A stretch of DNA of 64,000 nucleotides from Octopus vulgaris (Eukaryota). This document shows positions 58,680-64,000 of this stretch, piece after piece (within the stretch, counting starts at the first letter, position 1; each line of letters starts with the position of its first letter). The translations under genes were made by a program, and so were the position numbers. The notes beneath the pieces are model-generated. The model searched no databases. It was not told where the DNA came from and saw nothing but the letters and a program-made list of their open reading frames with translations. Where the stretch lies: positions 99,386,001-99,450,000 of the forward strand of contig OX597814.1 in NCBI GenBank assembly GCA_951406725.2, written 5' to 3'.

Positions 58680-59700
58680 TGATGTGATTTCGGATTCAGT
58701 CGTATAGCACATCACTTTGGACAATTTCCTTATTATACCCCCGACTGCCCAGTGCATTTCGAGAGGATTTGGTAGATGGAAAACAGCGTGAAAATTCATC
58801 CATCCATCCATCCATCCATCCATCCATCCATCCACCCTTCCTTCCTTCCTTCCTTCCTTCCTTCCTTCACTCATTCATTCATTCATTCATTCATTCATTC
58901 ATTCATTCCATTCATGCATTCACATATTTACACACACGCTCACACGCACACATATATATGTATATATGCGTGTGTATATGCATTTCTCTTCCACCGTTTC
59001 ACGACTGGTGTTGCTTTGTTTACGCCTCAGAAACTTGGCAGTTGTAATCGATATTAGAAAAAGCTGGGATTTTCCATACCAATTTTGATGGGTATGGAAG
59101 TCGATTACACCGATATCAGTGTACAACTGGTACTTATTTTATTGACCCCGAAAAAGATGAAAGCAAAGTCGACCTCGGCGGAATTTGAACTCAAACCGTA
59201 TGCCTCTATACATTTCCCCCGGTTTTCTAACGATTCTGAAATACTATGGATTTATAGTCTAAAGCACAAGTTAGATAATGGAGGGGAGTATTCAGTCAAT
59301 GAAACCAACCCTATACTGGACTAGTAAGTTATTTATTAACCTAGCAAGAATGGAAAGGATAGTTTACCTCGACGGGGTCTGATCTCAGAACGTAATGAGT
59401 AGAACAAATACCTTAAAACAATTTTTCCCTGTTGACTCTACAAGTCTGACACCCTACAAAACAATAATGTTTTCTGATTCAAGCACAACAATTTTGAGAG
59501 AAGTACTTTTGTTCATACCATCGACCCATAACACTTAATAAAATACTTGCATAGTACATTATTTATCGATCTATAAGAGATGTAGGCAACGTTCACTTCT
59601 GTAAGATTTGAACTCAAGTCTTAAAAGAACCTGAAGAATTGCTGCAAAACATGTTCTCCGGTGCTCTAACGATTCTCCCATCCTCCGTTCGATACAAAGA
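58680..59700. mobile_element. Old SINE cluster: family B (+, 58680-59100, with internal (TCCA)(TCCT)(TCAT) array) and about three degenerate family A copies (-)
   Basis: ggatttggtagatggaaa; gtcgacctcggcggaatttgaactca; ctggtacttattttattgaccccg. Confidence 0.65.
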
Positions 59701-60725
59701 TGATAGCAACTATAATATCTTAACAAATCCAGCATGAGCGTCCTTATTATTTCTAGTAGTAACGTCACCATTAATATCACCGCCATTGCTACCGTTGTAA
59801 TTATCTTTGCCACAACCACCACCACCAGCATCGACAACAACTCCACCACCAACAACAACACACCACCACCACCATGATAACAGCATTTACTATCCTTATG
59901 ACAACAACTACGACTATCAACATTAATATCACCTCCACCGCCATCACGACAAACACCACCATTACCATTTTCCACCAACACCACCGACATCAGCGCCGCC
60001 ACCTATAACATATTACCACTACCACCGCCACAACAACAACAACAACAACAAAAACAACAACACACACAGAACATCAATTACCACCCATCGACAAATACAC
60101 CACCAATAAACCACGTCACCAACGTAACAATCTCTACGTTTACATTATCCAATCAAGTCACCGGGAATAAAGTAACAAAATAAGAGACAAACAAACAAAG
60201 AAACAAACAAATAAAAAGTCCCGTAGCAGAATTAGAAACACTGTTGGATCGGATAATGAGAATAAATGTGAAACGCTCATGAAGCAAGGAAATCTTGCGT
60301 TTACCGTGTTGACGTCTGGAAATGATTTGGATCTGCAATCGTCCGGCCGTGAAATGGCTGCAACAATCACCGCTCCCGCCATCCGCTGGTTGCTGCACAC
60401 ATCTTTCCATTTTCATGTTGAATCGCCTTGATATACAACTGCATAGTCACTCAACTTAGACTGTCATATAGTCACATATGCTCTCATATCACACACTATA
60501 TCACACTGTCTTTAAGCGGCATATAACTTATCAAACGTTGAGAAATATAGTAGTATATACATACATTATAACATTTTCCTACTACTTCGGTACCACGTAA
60601 TCATAGTCTCAGATTTCGCAGCACAGTAGAACGTCACATATTGTGAAATGAGTACACTATAGTGTAGAACATTAGAATGTTAAAAAAGAACAATTTACAT
60701 TATTGCAAACATAGAAACGGATATA

Positions 60726-60819
<94 letters not shown>

Positions 60820-61951
60820 TACATATATATAAATATATGTGTGTGTACATATTCATGCACACACATATATTTTTAAAGTCCGTACGGGTATGAAGACATA
60901 GAACAAAATTCAAAATTATTTAAGATATATATGTATGTGTGTTTATGTGTGTGAATAGGTGATTGTATAATCGTGTATATAAATAAGTATACTTACATAT
61001 AGAATCGTGAATTTTATATACACATGCATCGAAGCACACACAAACACACAAATGCACGCACACACACACAAGTTCATGCAAATATGCACGCACATACACA
61101 AACTTGCGCACTGCTACAAAATCACCGTCTCAAAATAAATCATTATCATTATTATAACCATGTCAAACAACGAAGAGTCTGTGTTGAGAGAATCAATGTG
61201 ACAAGGTCAGGAAGCATGATACACGGTTAAATAAACGATGTAACAGTATTAATGTGATGTTGCGAGGGAAGAACTCATGACATTCACAGAGCGAAAATAA
61301 TGATTATGATAACATAAGTCTATTACGGCACTAATGCATCAGTGTTTGGTATGACCCTTACATATATTTAAATATGTGTGTGTGTTTGTGTGTGTGCCTG
61401 CAACCACAAGAGGTTGTACAGACCAATAACTAACAAAATGAGCATTATAATCGAATGAATTTTAGTTAAAAGATGATTTCACACGTTATTACGAAAGCAT
61501 TTACAATTAGCAGGCAGGCGCTGTATAGACTGATCGATCCAATCGTTATTTTTAAAAAAAATGGTGGCATAAAATAGTGAGAATAGCGTGAGTACTCTTC
61601 CTATTCCGCCTGTTAAATGTTACCTGAATAATGTTATTTTGGGGAGGACGTGGTTTATCCCATTGAGTTCAACGTTTGACCGGCACCCCATATAACTGAC
61701 TTCGATTGGAGCTAAATCAAATTTGACCACAGCAGGACTTGAACCCTGAATGTAAAGCGATGAAACAAGTGCGGCAAGACATTCTGCTGCACACCAAGCT
61801 TAAAGTTTTGTTATTGCATTTGTGGATGTTTATTTATTCCGTTTCGTTCTGCTCCTCTAATTGTTGTTCTTACTGAACAGCCTGCGTTAGTAGTAAATAC
61901 AAAATTCGATATTAACAAAGTAGCCAAGCTAATATTAAGTGATATCTCTTT

Positions 61952-62510
61952 TAGGTGGCAAGCTTGCAGAATCGTTAGCACGCTGGAAAAATGCTTGGCA
62001 GCATTGCTTCCGTATTTACGTTCAGAGGTCAAAATTCCGCCGAGATTGACTTTGCCTTTTATCTTGTCGGGGTCGATAAAATAATTACCAGTTGACCACT
62101 GGGATCAGTACAATCGACTTACTCCTCCCCTAGAATTGCTGGCTTTCTGCTAAAATTTGAGACCAATATTAAATGATGTCTCCCATTGGTTGAGGAAACC
62201 TTTTTACGAGTTTTGAAAGTTTACTCTTCAAACTGTGTTTATAAGTGGTCCTCTGAGTCAGGACGTTTATTACTATGAAAATAAACGTATATAGAGGCTT
62301 CAAATTTCGGTATTGGGCAACTGTTTTGAGGGGTGGAGCAGTCGATGCAACCGACTCTAGTACATGACTGGTTCTTATTTTATCGAACCTGACTGAATGA
62401 ATGGCAAAGTTGGCCTCGACGGAATTTCAATTCAAAACGTAAAAACGAACGAAATGCTATTAAGCATTTTGTCCGGTGTACTAATGATTTTGATATCTCA
62501 CTGCCCTACA
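61952..62510. mobile_element. Two SINE family A copies in inverted orientation: 61952-62165 (+) and 62295-62510 (-)
   Basis: gcagaatcgttagcacgc..gactttgccttttatcttgtcggggtcgataaaa and reverse-complement counterparts. Confidence 0.75.
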
Positions 62511-62589
62511 AATGGATCATATCGAGTACATTATATGACTATTTCCTTAAGTATTTATCTCGGAATAAGAGCTAACAAAATAGTTGTGA

Positions 62590-63770
62590 GTTTTGTTGAT
62601 TAATAATTCAATTGCTTAGCACATTTCCAAACTCCCTTCTTCCCAGCTGCTTGTTCTGCTGTGATAATGTATTGGTTTCACCATGGTCCTGGAGGGAGAG
62701 GTTTAAACATGCTGTATATATTTTATACATTAATTTATGGCATGCAAGTGGCCTGTAGTTTTTTGCCATGTGCGTGGTTCTGCATTTGGGGATCAGTTTT
62801 CTCTCTGCTAGGGCTAACTAGTGTGGTATGGTACTGTTCCCAATAAAAGCTTGCTGGTACAGATTGATAAGAAATGGTCCAAAAATCTAATCTCCTCCAA
62901 GTACTTTTCCATTTTGTAGTTTCTGGATCACAGTTGCAAGAGTTTCACCATCAATGTTGCATGTCTTGGATGTAATGCAGGAGCTATAACTTTTTCGGAT
63001 TTCTTCTAGCCACAGAGCATCTTGGTCAATTTCCTTCTCTTCGCTCCAGATTTTCCTCCAGAAGGAGTCTATGTGTTTTTGTGAATGAGCTTCTGTAATG
63101 TTTATTGACCTCCTTTCATGTTTCTGTATACTGCTGCGTGGTTACGGTTAAATTTTTTGTTCATTGTTCTTCTCTCGATTATTCTCTTCTGATGACGGAG
63201 TTTTTCACTGACAGCTTTTAGCTCCTGCTTCAGGGTAATCAGTTTGCAAGTGAGTGTCCTCTTTTTACTGTCTCCAAACATCATTTCTATCTCCTTCTTT
63301 CCTGTTTGCTGGTGGGACGTATAGCGATTTGCTTCTTTGCATGCAATAAGCATCACTACACGATTGATGGTATTCCATAGTTATCATTTTCTCTGTCTTC
63401 AAACTCATGAATGTACTTTCGTTGTTATTTCAGTTTTGTTTACATTTTGAATATGATTCATGTACTGTTTTACAGTAGTAGTCAGAGCATGCAGAAAGGC
63501 GCTAATCTGCCAGTATGTGGATTCACCACACTGTTGTAAATACTCATCACCAATTTCATTAACAGCTTTTAATACCGTATCTAGTGGGTTTTTTATTATT
63601 ATTATTATTTTACTTATTTCGATAGAAAATACTCTCTCTTCGAGAGACTCCTTCACAGCCGAAGTTATTTTTTCTCGGAAAATTTCAGTTAGAGCACATT
63701 TCACTGGCATATATTCCTGACTGCCACTACTACTACAATAATCGTTGCGGTTGTGCCTGCTATTTACCAT
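62590..63770 (-). mobile_element. R4/Dong-clade retrotransposon, region upstream of and entering RT, degenerate
   Basis: LKQELKAVSEKLRHQK..NKKFNRN..VYRNMKG; IDSFWRKIWSEE..WLEE; NYRPLACHKLMYKIY; IITAEQAAGKKG. Confidence 0.75.
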
Positions 63771-64000
63771 AATCGTAGTAGGAGACAGTGATCAGTTACT
63801 TGAGCCAGTAATGTAGTTTGGCGGACAGGTACTGCATAATCTGTTGGAATGTTGCTAACTGCGAAACCACGTTGTGAAGTTATATCATTCACGTTTGCGT
63901 TTTTGTTTATAGAGTTGTATCTACGTATGTATGTATGTATGTATGATGGATGGATGGATGTATGTGCGCATGTATGTTTATATGCATGTATGTATATGTG

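Overview
AT-rich, microsatellite-saturated eukaryotic DNA with no confidently identifiable host gene. The repeat content (tRNA-derived SINE families with CORE- and V-like domains, mariner, R4/Dong, Tx1/L1, Helitrons, Penelope-type hammerhead remnants, very long (TA)n/(TG)n/(GATA)n/(TAA)n arrays) strongly resembles a coleoid cephalopod, probably Octopus; this is inferred, not proven. Nearly all listed ORFs are microsatellite artefacts. The only long intact ORF (47954-49036) is the C-terminal zf-RVT part of a young, 5'-truncated Tx1/L1-clade LINE. The most notable system is built around that LINE. (i) Two independent copies sit in the same orientation and phase inside one (TCTA)n array, suggesting targeting of GATA microsatellites. 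(ii) Its ~50-nt 3' end, including a small stem-loop, is shared with one tail variant of the dominant SINE and with a third TSD-flanked 327-bp insert, with a compensatory base-pair change. This suggests a stringent 3'-recognition LINE/SINE partnership. Other points: a near-complete type I hammerhead ribozyme (39507-39593, minus strand), a hammerhead-like motif inside a Helitron, 184-bp SINE multimers with a fixed junction, chimeric Helitrons, a 60-bp long-range inverted repeat, and perfect palindromes.
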